Virus record (IMG/VR): IMGVR_UViG_3300006153_000006
Reading direction: 5' to 3' (one strand)
Length of the DNA: 50,058 bases
DNA from: a virus
Lineage: Duplodnaviria > Heunggongvirae > Uroviricota > Caudoviricetes
Below, in pieces: positions 28,201 to 37,922 of this stretch. A model generated the notes under the pieces. The model had not been told where the DNA came from, searched no databases, and saw only the letters and a list, made by a program, of their open reading frames with translations. The number at the start of each line of letters is the position of its first letter. Positions within the stretch are counted from its first letter, which is position 1. A program made the translations under genes and the position numbers.

Positions 28201-31200
28201 CTGTGGTATGCTGGTGGAACTGGTAATGTAAATGGGTCTGGTGTGCTTAATGGACTTGCAGCAGAGATTGAACGGCTGCAAAAGCTTGTTGATGAACGTA
28301 ACATAGCTGAAAGAAATTTCTATGAGAACGAGGCTATCATCGACCAGTATGAGTACACAAAAGAGCATACCATTGATACACAGAACGCTTTCGATGGCTA
28401 CATTCAAAGCATACAGGATAGCACAGAGTATTCAAAAGAGTATAAAGATATTTTGATTGGCCTTGCTGTTAATACATTCCCAGAGTTTGCACGGGCAGCA
28501 GGGCTTGTTGAAGATGCGATGTCCGGTAAAAACGGAGATGGCTTGTTCCAGGTTGACACAAGCGACATCGATGAGAAATTGAGCAAGCTGAAGTCAGAAT
28601 TTTCGCTGCTCCAAAGTGCAATGGAAGACATGGCATCCGGGCATGGGTTATCTGCTGAGACTATTGCGAGTCTTGCCGATGCGGATACCAACTATCTCGA
28701 TTACCTCTATGAGGAAAACGGCGCTCTCAAGTTGAATATCGCCGCATGGGAAGACCGTGCACGAGTCGCAACGGAGGGTGATGTTAGTGCAATCAATGGT
28801 GAAATTCGTGCACTTGAAAAGCGAAACCAAGTTCTAAACGAAACACTACAGGACATCAACGATCGCATTTACAAAAGCGGGAGCACCGGTGTTAGTGCGA
28901 TCCCGCAGATAACTGCGATCCAAAACGAACTTGAAGACAACGCAAAGGCAATCGAAAAGAATATCCTGCTTCTGGAAAAATACAACGCTATGCTGGCCGG
29001 GATGAATTGGACAGAAACATTCGCCCGTTTTGACCCATATATCACTGGCATGGAGGACATTGCAAAGATCCAGAATACCCTTGCGGACGGATTTACTATC
29101 TCCGCAAAGGAGGCTCGTGCGTTTGCCGATGTTTATCCACAGCTTCTTGACCAGGCCGTTGTGTCTGCTAATGGGCAGGTGCAACTCAATGAGGACGTAG
29201 TAAACTCGTTCCTTAAGGGCAAAGAGGCAGAGATGCGGGCTGCATTGCAGGCTGAGATCGACATGCTTGAGGCAAAGCGTTCTGTTGTTGCAAAACAGAT
29301 CGAGTGCATTGAAGACCAACTTGCCGCTGTGCAGACCGGAGATCAGGAAGAGGTAAAATCTGCAAACGAAGCTGCCGCCGCAAAGATGTCCGTACAGCAA
29401 GCTGTACTGACCGCTTGCGAGCAGGCAGGCATTGATGAAGAGACGGCAAACCAACTTGCTCTTGCGGCTATGACCGGTGACTGGGATACATTCAGTACCC
29501 TTGCAGAAAATGCAATCAATGGGCTGGACGATGAGAGCGCAAAATCGTTCAATAGCGTCATGAGCAACTATGCTATTATGGCGCAGAACATGGTTGATAA
29601 CACAAACCAGACCATCGGCGCCTTTAACCAAATGGGTACAGCTCTTGAGAATGCTTTGAACGGTGTTACAACGAAAACGTACACCGCTCATATCAAGGCC
29701 GGCTTCGTCAAGGGCGAGGGCAAGCGTGCTGTTGAGGGTGTGCTTGCCGAAATGTTTGAGGCTGCAAAAAGCGATTATGGCACAGGTGGTACGACTTTTG
29801 ATGATCGCATTACCGAGTGGCAGATGGAGCTGCAAAACGCAACCTCTAATTATTTGGAGCACGGCGTTGACACATCCGCTCTTGATGAACAGTTAAAACT
29901 CCTTCGTGCGCAAGACGACTCATACAAACAGCAAATTACTTTGTTGAAGTCGGCCATGAATACCAAGATGAAGGAGTTTAGAGCCGGTGTCGGCGATGTG
30001 TTTGGAAATAAGAGTTCAAAGAGCGAAAAAGAGGTTGAAGCTTATATTGCCGACATCGACAGGCTGTATAAGAAGCGGGAGGCGCTTGCTCGGCAAGAGC
30101 TGAGCAACAGCAAGCTGAGCGATAAGATTTCCAACACGGATGACCTGCGGGAACGTATCAAGCTTCAGAGCCAGTATGTGCAGGGGCTGAAGAACGAGCA
30201 GGCCAGGCTTCATGACATCGCCGGTACGATGAATGAGAACGGCACATTCGATTATGCCACGGCCAGGGCGGAGATCCAGGAAAACCTGGAGACGCTGAAG
30301 AATGTCTACGGCATCACGGCCACCTATAACCCGGAAACCAACGAGCTTCTCTTTGACGATCTGACCCAGATCAACCGGCAGATCGTCGATATGAAGGACG
30401 GCATGACGGCAAATGATTTCCAGGAGGCCATCAACGAGAAGACCAAAGCCGCAGAGTCGCTTGTGGAAACCGTTATGGAGCAGGTTGATGAGACTGAGAA
30501 GTGGTCGCAGGCGTGGTGGGATGCGCAATATGCCATCCGGGAGACCAACCTTGGCATTATCGAAGACCTGAAGGCTATCGTGGAGGAGACGTCTGCTGCG
30601 GTGGATGAAATCCAGGGCGTGTTTGACACCCTTCAGAAGGCCGCCGACGAGTATGACAGCAGCTTTGACGGGCAAAACGGGTTTATCTCTGTGGATACAT
30701 TCCAGGAAATCATGGCGCTTGGGCCACAGTACCTCAAGTATCTGACGGATGAAAATGGTATGTTAGTCATCAATAAGCAGGCCATCAACGATGTGACCAA
30801 GGCTCGTACGGAGCAGTTGGCCGTTGAGACCGCCATAAGTTATCTGCAACGCATTCGTATGGCTTTGCAGGACGGAGCTGTGGAAAGTCTTGACCAACTG
30901 ATTGATGCACAGAGCCAGTACAGTGGTACGTTGTGGGATACGGTATATGCAACACTGGAGCTTGCGAAAGCGGAAGGGTTGAATGACCAGCAGTATGCCG
31001 CAGCTAAACATAACATCGACGGCATCCGTTCGCTGTTCACCGGCATCAACTATCAGTTTGACGAGTATGCCGACGGGCTGAACGAGGCAAAGACACTGAC
31101 CGACAAGATCCTTCAGTGGACGATGGATATGCTCAAAAAGCGAGTCCAGGATGAGATCGATGACCTGGAGGAGCTGAAGACCAAGTACGGCGAGTTGATC

Positions 31201-32436
31201 CAAGCCCGCAAGGACGCCCTGGATATGGCCAAAGACGAGGATGATTACCAGGATACGGTGCTGGAAAAGACTAAGCGTTTGGCTGAGCTGCAAGGGCAAA
31301 TCGATTTACTGGCTCTGGATGACAGCCGCAGCGCCCAGGCCAAGCGGCAGGCGCTGATGGAGGAGATGGCGGAAGTTCAGAAGGAGCTGGACGAGACGCA
31401 GCGTGACCACTCCATTGAGCAGCAGAAGGCCTCCCTTGACCAGATGCAGAAGGACTATGAGAACGAGAAGGACAGCGAGATCAAAGTTCTCCAGGACTCT
31501 ATCAGCAGCTACCAGAAGATCTATGACAAGGCCATCGACTACATCAATCAGCATTGGGATACCCTGAAGGACGAGCTGATCGAATGGAACTACGAGGTGG
31601 GCAACACCATCGAGGACGAGATCACCGGCAACTGGGAGAAAGCCATCGCCCTGCTGGACAAGTACAAGCTGTCCTACGCCGAGCTGGTGGCCATGCGCAA
31701 CGATGAGGAGTATGGGTTCCATGGCCTTGACGGCGGTTCCAGTGGCGGAAGTCCGGGCGGTTCAGGCTCCGGCAGCGGCGTGACCGTTTCCAACTCTGGA
31801 AGTTGGCAGGCATCTGATGCAGAAGTGAAACGTGTGAAAGCACAAGCGGTAACAAGCGTCGTTAATGAGATGAGAAAGCTTGGTAAACAGTGGAGTGCAG
31901 TATCAGACTCAGACACCAGGGCATCTTTACACCGGCAAGCGGTTGAAAAGACCGACTATATCCGGGATAAATACGGTGTTGATACATGGTTTGACGGCTC
32001 TTCTGGAAAGTGGTTTATCAAGCATGACGACATTTTCCCGGAGAATGACGGAAAGTGGCTGTACGAGGTTTACCATACCGGCGGTATCGTGGGCGGTGGC
32101 TCGATCCGTGAGAACGAACAACTTGCCCTGCTCCAGAAGGGCGAGCCGGTCATCTCCAACGGTCAGAAGCAGACCCTGTTTGACCTCATCGACTTCATGG
32201 GGATGATGCGTGATAAGCTGGCCAAGGCGGATTTCACTGGCGTCGATCTGGTCTCCGCCTCCAGAAGCAGGCAGATGGCTGAGCTGATGACCCATGCGCC
32301 GACAGGTGGCGGGGTCAATATCCACTTTGGCGACGTGACCATCTACGGCGGCAACGACGAGACGGTGCGCAAGCACCAGGAGATCAGCCGGGCGCAGGCC
32401 AATGAGGTGCTGAAGTACCTGAAAGTCAAACTATAA
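25249..32436 (+). CDS. Tail tape measure protein (TP901-type core)
   Basis: 2395 aa; Ala/Glu/Lys-rich coiled coil; core ELDSAMTQLQIVTG...GTALKTISAR; C-terminal YHTGGIVGG...LLQKGE motif. Confidence 0.93.
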   Translation: MAVNGQDIGLIFGMAGGGSISGTTGKHIRDQLAELVNGLNSDAQVKQRKIKLSLDIAGTKKNFTDGIKQITDGLSGQKQFKITIKNIDASSAIKKLQNDIQGILDTLSIKNGMTISIPGMNGSIVGDAGSAVLDEAKEKAAQYAAQLKVLTDVSSTLSRSVKTANTKVVDDASAKQVREFSNEFIRLRTEIEKIRANKNQPVDQAYLNSLQAESVELQRNINLFIEKDRVQTGGIETEAMLAHGTQEYNAALDKLGKMLLQAKENYNKWTAAQTGKSSEAYQNIASQIEALEALKSNLNDGKISQKEFNDEIGKAGVSLRQSYEAIKANGDATKSFSDRLGGLAAKFSTWFSLTRVIMAAFRAVKQMVTNVIELDSAMTQLQIVTGATDAKMTVFLKNAIGLAKELGQSISDVMKSIETFSRLGYNLDDSSTLAKYTAILANVAAVDTQEATTGVTSIIKGFNMDVSNSEHVADVLIEVGQKYAVSAAELMEAFEKSGAALNATNTSFEKSVGLIAAANASVQNASTVGTALKTISARIRGSKSDLEELGEDTSDLADGFSKYAKELKALTGFDIMVDGTTNQFKDIYDILQGIASVWDKLSDTQQARVSEILGGTRQLQVISSILGNWTDAAGAYQSAMESAGTATEANAIYMDSIEGKIGVFKATFQEFSETLINSEFVKQFVDLGTGILNVLNGVAKLVDAIGGLNTVLAITVGTVLTIKIDSIIGLLAKIPAFISTKMIPSIIEFVEKLKLLPLAMKIAKSQGKGLGDAIKAVGFSASAAQVAIVALTAAITIGMFAYRSYKQAQQKAHEEMNNAAEAANEERKSLSNLIDEYKRLASLDGLDEQSRETVKNLQQQITDLVGDQAGNLDLVNGKLDDEIKKLDEIAYKNAVENRNALETKYINAQEDADETYNMWGWDVNPVSQDPLQPISRSVDIWDYFGVPKNGGGAFILDSVLDGKDVEERLDVLKRYQDLLLDNKDLWYAGGTGNVNGSGVLNGLAAEIERLQKLVDERNIAERNFYENEAIIDQYEYTKEHTIDTQNAFDGYIQSIQDSTEYSKEYKDILIGLAVNTFPEFARAAGLVEDAMSGKNGDGLFQVDTSDIDEKLSKLKSEFSLLQSAMEDMASGHGLSAETIASLADADTNYLDYLYEENGALKLNIAAWEDRARVATEGDVSAINGEIRALEKRNQVLNETLQDINDRIYKSGSTGVSAIPQITAIQNELEDNAKAIEKNILLLEKYNAMLAGMNWTETFARFDPYITGMEDIAKIQNTLADGFTISAKEARAFADVYPQLLDQAVVSANGQVQLNEDVVNSFLKGKEAEMRAALQAEIDMLEAKRSVVAKQIECIEDQLAAVQTGDQEEVKSANEAAAAKMSVQQAVLTACEQAGIDEETANQLALAAMTGDWDTFSTLAENAINGLDDESAKSFNSVMSNYAIMAQNMVDNTNQTIGAFNQMGTALENALNGVTTKTYTAHIKAGFVKGEGKRAVEGVLAEMFEAAKSDYGTGGTTFDDRITEWQMELQNATSNYLEHGVDTSALDEQLKLLRAQDDSYKQQITLLKSAMNTKMKEFRAGVGDVFGNKSSKSEKEVEAYIADIDRLYKKREALARQELSNSKLSDKISNTDDLRERIKLQSQYVQGLKNEQARLHDIAGTMNENGTFDYATARAEIQENLETLKNVYGITATYNPETNELLFDDLTQINRQIVDMKDGMTANDFQEAINEKTKAAESLVETVMEQVDETEKWSQAWWDAQYAIRETNLGIIEDLKAIVEETSAAVDEIQGVFDTLQKAADEYDSSFDGQNGFISVDTFQEIMALGPQYLKYLTDENGMLVINKQAINDVTKARTEQLAVETAISYLQRIRMALQDGAVESLDQLIDAQSQYSGTLWDTVYATLELAKAEGLNDQQYAAAKHNIDGIRSLFTGINYQFDEYADGLNEAKTLTDKILQWTMDMLKKRVQDEIDDLEELKTKYGELIQARKDALDMAKDEDDYQDTVLEKTKRLAELQGQIDLLALDDSRSAQAKRQALMEEMAEVQKELDETQRDHSIEQQKASLDQMQKDYENEKDSEIKVLQDSISSYQKIYDKAIDYINQHWDTLKDELIEWNYEVGNTIEDEITGNWEKAIALLDKYKLSYAELVAMRNDEEYGFHGLDGGSSGGSPGGSGSGSGVTVSNSGSWQASDAEVKRVKAQAVTSVVNEMRKLGKQWSAVSDSDTRASLHRQAVEKTDYIRDKYGVDTWFDGSSGKWFIKHDDIFPENDGKWLYEVYHTGGIVGGGSIRENEQLALLQKGEPVISNGQKQTLFDLIDFMGMMRDKLAKADFTGVDLVSASRSRQMAELMTHAPTGGGVNIHFGDVTIYGGNDETVRKHQEISRAQANEVLKYLKVKL

Positions 32437-32445
32437 CCACATACC

Positions 32446-32473
32446 GGGAGGGGTGGCAGGGGCTGCCCCTCCC
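32446..32473 (+). terminator. GC-rich hairpin after the tape measure gene
   Basis: GGGAGG/CCTCCC plus GGCAG/CTGCC stems. Confidence 0.5.
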
Positions 32474-32517
32474 CTACTATATTCAAATCTACAAAGAAAC
32501 GGAGGTGCGGAAAAGCA

Positions 32518-33306
32518 ATGCTGAATACATACGAATTTACGTTTGCCGGCGAGTCCAGCGTGATGTATGGGATGTTCGTTGCGGACTTCGGCAATCAGAC
32601 GCAGGACGTGGTCAGTTTCGGCAATGTGGCAAATATCGTTGAAACCCGCACCAGCACAAGGGTGCGGCCTATCCACTACGGGGTGAAATATCACGATAAG
32701 CCGCTGCAATTCAAATTGGTGTTTGGTAGCGACAGGCCGCTTGACCGATATGAGATGGAAAACGTGGCCATGTGGCTGACCGGACACCAGACCTACCAGT
32801 GGCTAACCATCGGGCAGGAAGACTTGGAACATGTAGCTTTCCGGTGTATCGTCAGTGAGCTGACTCCCATTATGAACGGGTGGCTCCCGGTCGCGTTTGA
32901 GGCCAACATCGTATGCGACTGTCCGTACGCCTATGGGAATCCCTTTGAAGAGACATATACGATCAGCGGGGAGACAACCGTTCTATTCCGAAACAACAGC
33001 TCGGTCAGAGAGTATGTAAAGCCCACGCTGAATATCCACCTGAAGGGTGGGGAGAGCGAGTTCTCCATCTGCAACAAGAGCGACAACGGACGGACATTCA
33101 AGCTCAGCGGCCTCCCCCCTGCCGGTATGGACATCACAGTGGATACAGATACCTGCGTGATGAGTGAGGCTACAGGAGAGTACAACCCGTACGACTACTG
33201 CAACATGGACTTCTTCCGATTGGTGCCGGGAGACAACGAGCTTACCATCAAGGGCAACGGCACGCTGAGCATCAGCGGGCGGCTGTTCCATAATGTAAGC
33301 GCATAA
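32518..33306 (+). CDS. Distal tail protein (Dit-like)
   Basis: 262 aa directly after the tape measure; ends with the typical FFRLVPGDNELTIKG motif. Confidence 0.78.
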   Translation: MLNTYEFTFAGESSVMYGMFVADFGNQTQDVVSFGNVANIVETRTSTRVRPIHYGVKYHDKPLQFKLVFGSDRPLDRYEMENVAMWLTGHQTYQWLTIGQEDLEHVAFRCIVSELTPIMNGWLPVAFEANIVCDCPYAYGNPFEETYTISGETTVLFRNNSSVREYVKPTLNIHLKGGESEFSICNKSDNGRTFKLSGLPPAGMDITVDTDTCVMSEATGEYNPYDYCNMDFFRLVPGDNELTIKGNGTLSISGRLFHNVSA

Positions 33307-33319
33307 GGGGGCGAGTGGC

Positions 33320-36300
33320 GTGTATCTGAATTATTCCAAAATCAAAAACGACGGGTTCGGAAAACCGGAAGCTCCCCTTCTCCGATTGCAGACAAAGTAT
33401 GGAAGAAACATCGGGATCCTGAGCAATACATCCAACCTGAAAATCACGGTGAAATACTCTGAGCCCAGCGAGATCTCCTTTGACGTGGCAGCCTATCATG
33501 ACGGAACGCCGACGCCCTTTTACAACGGCATCGTCGGGTATAAGCGCGTGTACACGGAGAACTACGGCGTCTATCTTCTGATGAACCCGGAGACAGAGGG
33601 TGACGGGGTCGAGGAGGTCAAACACGTCAAGGGCTACTCCATTGAAAAGGAGCTGGAAAGTAAGTCGTTCTTCCTTGAGGAGGGGACATTCAACTTCTGG
33701 AACCCGGCCTCCCCCACCAGCACCATCGTGGGACGCATCCTTGAGATCGCAACAGGGTGGAGCGTTGGGTATGTCTCCCCCGCTCTGATTGGGCGGTATC
33801 GGACATTTGACCAGTATGACGAGAATCTGATGAGCTTTGTGTACAATACGGCCCCGGAGAAGTATCGGTGCGTCTTCGTGTTCGACCCATACGAGAAGAC
33901 CATCAGTGCCTATGATGCGGACGAGGCGAAGGACACGCTTGGTATCTATCTCGATTACGACAATCTGGTGACGAGCCTTTCGATCTCAGAGCGAAGCGAC
34001 GAGTTGGTTACCGCACTGCGGGCGTACGGCGCGGACGAGCTCAGCGTCCGGGAGGTCAACCCTATCGGCACGGAGTGGCAGTATGACCTGACATACTTCA
34101 TTGAGAACGGAGATATCCCGGATGACCTTGCAAAGAAATGGATCTCCTGGCAGGCCGCTATCACGGCAAACCGGGAGCGGTATCGTGGCCTTGTGGCATT
34201 GAAGTCCTCCGCACTCGCGCAGATGATGGCGCAGAACGCCGCGTTGACAGACCTACAGGCAGACCTGGACGACCTGACCGGACAGCAGAGCCAGACGATT
34301 CAGGGGCTTGCCCTTGAAATCACAGACGCAGGCAGAGAGTATCAGCAGGGTTTGCTGGACGACATCAACCAAAAAATCAAGGCAAAGAAGCAGGAGATCT
34401 CCACAAAGAAGGCTGAGATCGCAGAGATCGAGGAACGGATGGGTACGGGAAGCCCAAACTCCTATCAGACGAAAATCAACGAGATCAACGCGGCGCTGGC
34501 TATCGACAAGTATTTTTCGGCAAGCGAGCTGGAAACGCTACGGCACTTCTTCATTGAGGACGACATCACAGAAGACAGCTTCGTGGCCACAGACGTGAAT
34601 GTCAACATATCCGGCAAAAGCTATTCTTTCCCGAGTCGTGAGGTCAGCGTCAGCGGAAGCGAAATCTCCGCCATCGACATGACGGACGGCTACCGCACGC
34701 AGATGTACACTCTGGCCGGAGGCGGGCTGAACATCAAGGGTACACTGACCTGCGACATTATCCGAGGCACGCTGGAAGTATCCAAGGACAATTCCTTTGT
34801 GTTGAGCGTCTACGGCGGCGATATCTCTACGGGTGGCGAGGGGTCGTCAAGCGGTTCGCTGACGCTGACGGGAACCATGTCCGGCTTTACGAGCGATATC
34901 AGGGCTGTGGACGAGGGAGAGAAAGACTTGCACATTATTGTTCACAAGGGTACGAAGCTGTCCTTTGTTACCGGCGATATCTCCATGTACCTAACGGCTG
35001 ACATCAGCGACTATCAGGCGCTTAATGTGGAGATGGAGCTCTTTGACTATGCGAAGAATGTTCTCTGCGACCTGGCGACGCCAACCTATGAGTTCTCCGT
35101 CGATACGGGCAATTTTATCTTTGCCAAAGAGTTTGAGCGCTTCAAGAACGAGCTGGAGCTGGGAAGCGGTATTCATCTGCGCATCTCAAAAAGTAGAGTT
35201 ATCACCCCCATTCTCATTGAGATCGGGCTTGACTTTGAAAATTGGAGCAACCTGTCTCTTACATTTTCCAACCGGTTCAAACTGCACGACAGCGTAAACA
35301 CGCTCAAGGATATTCTGGAAACATCCTACTCCGCCGGGAGAAACCTGGATGCCTCGAAATACATTTACGGGAAGACAGTGGAACAGGCTACGGCGGCAAG
35401 CAGGTTTATGAGCTCCTCTCTGGACGCCGCCGTAAACTCCATTGTTGGGGCAAAGGACGAGACCGTCCGCATTGACGGCGGCGGTATCCATGTGGGCGGC
35501 GAGGACGGCAAGTATCAGCTGCGCGTGATCGGTAGCATGATCGCCATGACGGACGATGGCTGGGAGCACGCCAAGCTCGCCATCGGGCGTTTCGCCTCGA
35601 AGGAGACGGGCGAATACTGGGGCGTCAACGCCGAGGTCATCGGCGGCAAGCTGATCGTAGGCAACAATCTGATAATCGAAAACGTGAACGATATGGGGGT
35701 CATGCAGTTCAAGGTGGATGCCGGGGGCGCATGGCTCAATAACGCAACGATGTGCGTGCAGTGCGACGACGGAGGCAAGATCCTGATCGACCCACGGTAC
35801 GGCATCATGGCGGGCACAGGAGATCTCTACACCGTTGATGGGACTACCGTAAAGCCAAACTTTATAGGAGCTGGCGGGAAGATCATCACGGACAGCTACG
35901 GCATCCCGCAGAATGCGAACTTCTATCTGGACGCAAGAACTGGCAAGGCGTACTTCCGTGGCGACGGCGTATTCAACGGAACGATCCACGCAAGAGACGG
36001 TGACTTCAGCGGAACCATCAAAGCATCTATCCTGGAGGGAACGCTTACTGGCAGTCCAACGGGCGGCGGCGCGATCAAAGGCGTGTCGTTGGATATTGGC
36101 GACGGCGCTTTTGTCGTTAATCAGAACGGCGACGTCCACATTGAACGCGGCACCATCAGCTGGGGCGCCGTGACAGGCACAGACGAGATAGACGATAGGA
36201 TCTCTTCCGCGCAGAGCAGGGCGGATAGCGCATACTCCTATGCGAGTAGAGCGTCCTCTTCCGCAGCCGATGCCAAGGATCTGGCAAGGAAAATTGCAAA

Positions 36301-36619
36301 CGGTGAGTACAGTAACGGAACTTTTATCAACGGCAGAGAGATATACAGCCCGACAATCTTTGCGAATACGTTTAAGGTCATTCCGGAAACAGAAGCATCA
36401 GCCGATTCGTGGACTGGTGGATACGAGCTGTGGGGATATTACGGAAACACACTGTACGATATGTTAAAGATCAGTTACTTTCAAGGCGATGCACCGTTCG
36501 TTGTTTTTTCAAGTCCATGCGGCGCATACGCAAGTTGGGATTTCCGCGTATCAAGGTTTTATGGAAGAATTGATTTCTCAGGCGCAAATGTAAGCGGGAT
36601 CTATGCGAAGTTCAAATAA
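33320..36619 (+). CDS. Tail-associated (Tal/spike-like) protein
   Basis: 1099 aa after Dit; coiled-coil middle region; Gly-rich beta-helix-like C-terminal part (GDFSGTIKAS). Confidence 0.75.
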   Translation: MYLNYSKIKNDGFGKPEAPLLRLQTKYGRNIGILSNTSNLKITVKYSEPSEISFDVAAYHDGTPTPFYNGIVGYKRVYTENYGVYLLMNPETEGDGVEEVKHVKGYSIEKELESKSFFLEEGTFNFWNPASPTSTIVGRILEIATGWSVGYVSPALIGRYRTFDQYDENLMSFVYNTAPEKYRCVFVFDPYEKTISAYDADEAKDTLGIYLDYDNLVTSLSISERSDELVTALRAYGADELSVREVNPIGTEWQYDLTYFIENGDIPDDLAKKWISWQAAITANRERYRGLVALKSSALAQMMAQNAALTDLQADLDDLTGQQSQTIQGLALEITDAGREYQQGLLDDINQKIKAKKQEISTKKAEIAEIEERMGTGSPNSYQTKINEINAALAIDKYFSASELETLRHFFIEDDITEDSFVATDVNVNISGKSYSFPSREVSVSGSEISAIDMTDGYRTQMYTLAGGGLNIKGTLTCDIIRGTLEVSKDNSFVLSVYGGDISTGGEGSSSGSLTLTGTMSGFTSDIRAVDEGEKDLHIIVHKGTKLSFVTGDISMYLTADISDYQALNVEMELFDYAKNVLCDLATPTYEFSVDTGNFIFAKEFERFKNELELGSGIHLRISKSRVITPILIEIGLDFENWSNLSLTFSNRFKLHDSVNTLKDILETSYSAGRNLDASKYIYGKTVEQATAASRFMSSSLDAAVNSIVGAKDETVRIDGGGIHVGGEDGKYQLRVIGSMIAMTDDGWEHAKLAIGRFASKETGEYWGVNAEVIGGKLIVGNNLIIENVNDMGVMQFKVDAGGAWLNNATMCVQCDDGGKILIDPRYGIMAGTGDLYTVDGTTVKPNFIGAGGKIITDSYGIPQNANFYLDARTGKAYFRGDGVFNGTIHARDGDFSGTIKASILEGTLTGSPTGGGAIKGVSLDIGDGAFVVNQNGDVHIERGTISWGAVTGTDEIDDRISSAQSRADSAYSYASRASSSAADAKDLARKIANGEYSNGTFINGREIYSPTIFANTFKVIPETEASADSWTGGYELWGYYGNTLYDMLKISYFQGDAPFVVFSSPCGAYASWDFRVSRFYGRIDFSGANVSGIYAKFK

Positions 36620-36629
36620 CAATTTGCAA

Positions 36630-36647
36630 GGGGTTGCCCCTTTGCGG
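36630..36647 (-). repeat. Inverted 18-bp copy of the left-end hairpin repeat (CCGCAAAGGGGCAACCCC)
   Basis: Reverse complement is identical to the core of 34-54 and 1359-1379; intergenic. Confidence 0.75.
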
Positions 36648-36663
36648 AGAAAGGAGAGGAAAT

Positions 36664-37317
36664 ATGCCAGACGATAAAACAAAAGCTTCCGGCGCTTCTG
36701 CCGGAACCGCAGAAGAAAAACCGTTAGACCCACCTACAAGGACGGGCTCCATGTCGATCGTCAAGGCCGGGTCGGACTATGTCACCGTCCGTATCTCCTC
36801 CATCTCCAAGGCAACGGGCTATGAGATCGTGTGGCGGGAAGCGTCCGTCACAGATATCGAGGGAACACTGGATGTGGGTTCCTCCGGGAGATACACCATC
36901 GATGGACTTACCCCGGAGACAGACTATGTGTTCAACTACCGAGGTTACAATGACGACGGCATCGGGCCGTTCATGTCCACGGGCAGAACAGCGACGACGC
37001 TTCCGAACAGGCCGGACGATTGGGAGTGGTGGACGAGAATAGAAAGCGGAGGTGACATCGATCTGTCCGCAGACGAATGGAATACGTTTTGCGAGAGGAT
37101 CAATGAGTTCAGAGCCTATAGCGGTTTCAGCAAATACGCCTTTACAACTGTTGAGACGGGTGATTATATCTACGCCTCCACAGTCAACCGGGCCGTGTCG
37201 GCAATACGGGCTATGAACCCGCCGGTGACACCGCCCAGACAGGTATCTTCCGGTTCGAGCGATATAACGGCTGCGTTTTTCTATGGCCTCAGTAACGCTT
37301 TGAACAGCATCGAGTGA
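36664..37317 (+). CDS. Fibronectin type III domain-containing tail protein
   Basis: GYEIVWRE...YTIDGLTPETDYVFNYRGYN is FN3-like; ATG 36664 follows GGAGAGG. Confidence 0.78.
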   Translation: MPDDKTKASGASAGTAEEKPLDPPTRTGSMSIVKAGSDYVTVRISSISKATGYEIVWREASVTDIEGTLDVGSSGRYTIDGLTPETDYVFNYRGYNDDGIGPFMSTGRTATTLPNRPDDWEWWTRIESGGDIDLSADEWNTFCERINEFRAYSGFSKYAFTTVETGDYIYASTVNRAVSAIRAMNPPVTPPRQVSSGSSDITAAFFYGLSNALNSIE

Positions 37318-37331
37318 AAGGATGGTCAATC

Positions 37332-37511
37332 ATGAATCATATTGAAATCGCCCAGGCGATTGCCGGGTATCACAATCTTCTGTCCGAAATTTCCGTGCGC
37401 GGCGAGGACGTTCTGCGGATGCGGGACGCACTTGTCGGCATGAGAAACCTGGCTGCACAGCTTGTTCAGGAGACCAACGAACAGCAGACAGCCGAGGCAG
37501 AGGAGAAATAA
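37332..37511 (+). CDS. Small helical hypothetical protein
   Basis: 59 aa from ATG 37332 after AAAGGATGG. Confidence 0.6.
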   Translation: MNHIEIAQAIAGYHNLLSEISVRGEDVLRMRDALVGMRNLAAQLVQETNEQQTAEAEEK

Positions 37512-37527
37512 ACAGGGGGTGTGCGTT

Positions 37528-37902
37528 ATGGGTAGTTGCCCCTTTGATTACTACACCCTCCCTACCGTTGAATTTGTTGGCGGAGAAACACAGGAGCTTT
37601 TGTTCCATGTGTACTCCAATATTGGGAAAAGGCCGTTCAGTCTTGTAAGCTGTACCGCGAACTTTTCTGTTGTGAGCTATCTCAACAAGACGGGCAAGCC
37701 TATCATCTCAAAGCAGATGGAGATCAAAACTGCGGGCGAGGTGGACAATATTCTGGCCGTTACCATAGACCCGAAGGAGACGGTGGGGATGAACGGGAAG
37801 TACATCTATCAGATCATTATCAAGGATATTTCCGGGGACGTGGAAGTTCCGAAGCAGGGAATATTCCTTGTAGTGAATAACATCAACAAGAGCTTCATTT
37901 AA
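37528..37902 (+). CDS. BppU-N-like baseplate/fibre accessory protein
   Basis: 124 aa beta-sandwich pattern (DPKETVGMNGKYIYQIII); ATG 37528 after AGGGGG. Confidence 0.55.
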   Translation: MGSCPFDYYTLPTVEFVGGETQELLFHVYSNIGKRPFSLVSCTANFSVVSYLNKTGKPIISKQMEIKTAGEVDNILAVTIDPKETVGMNGKYIYQIIIKDISGDVEVPKQGIFLVVNNINKSFI

Positions 37903-37922
37903 CCAGTAAGGAGGAACGAACT

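Noticed and set aside
34-36647. 35-kb invertible segment bounded by the inverted 18-bp repeats
   Set aside because: Inversion would separate head and tail genes from the distal tail operon, and the repeat is itself a short hairpin; no other support.
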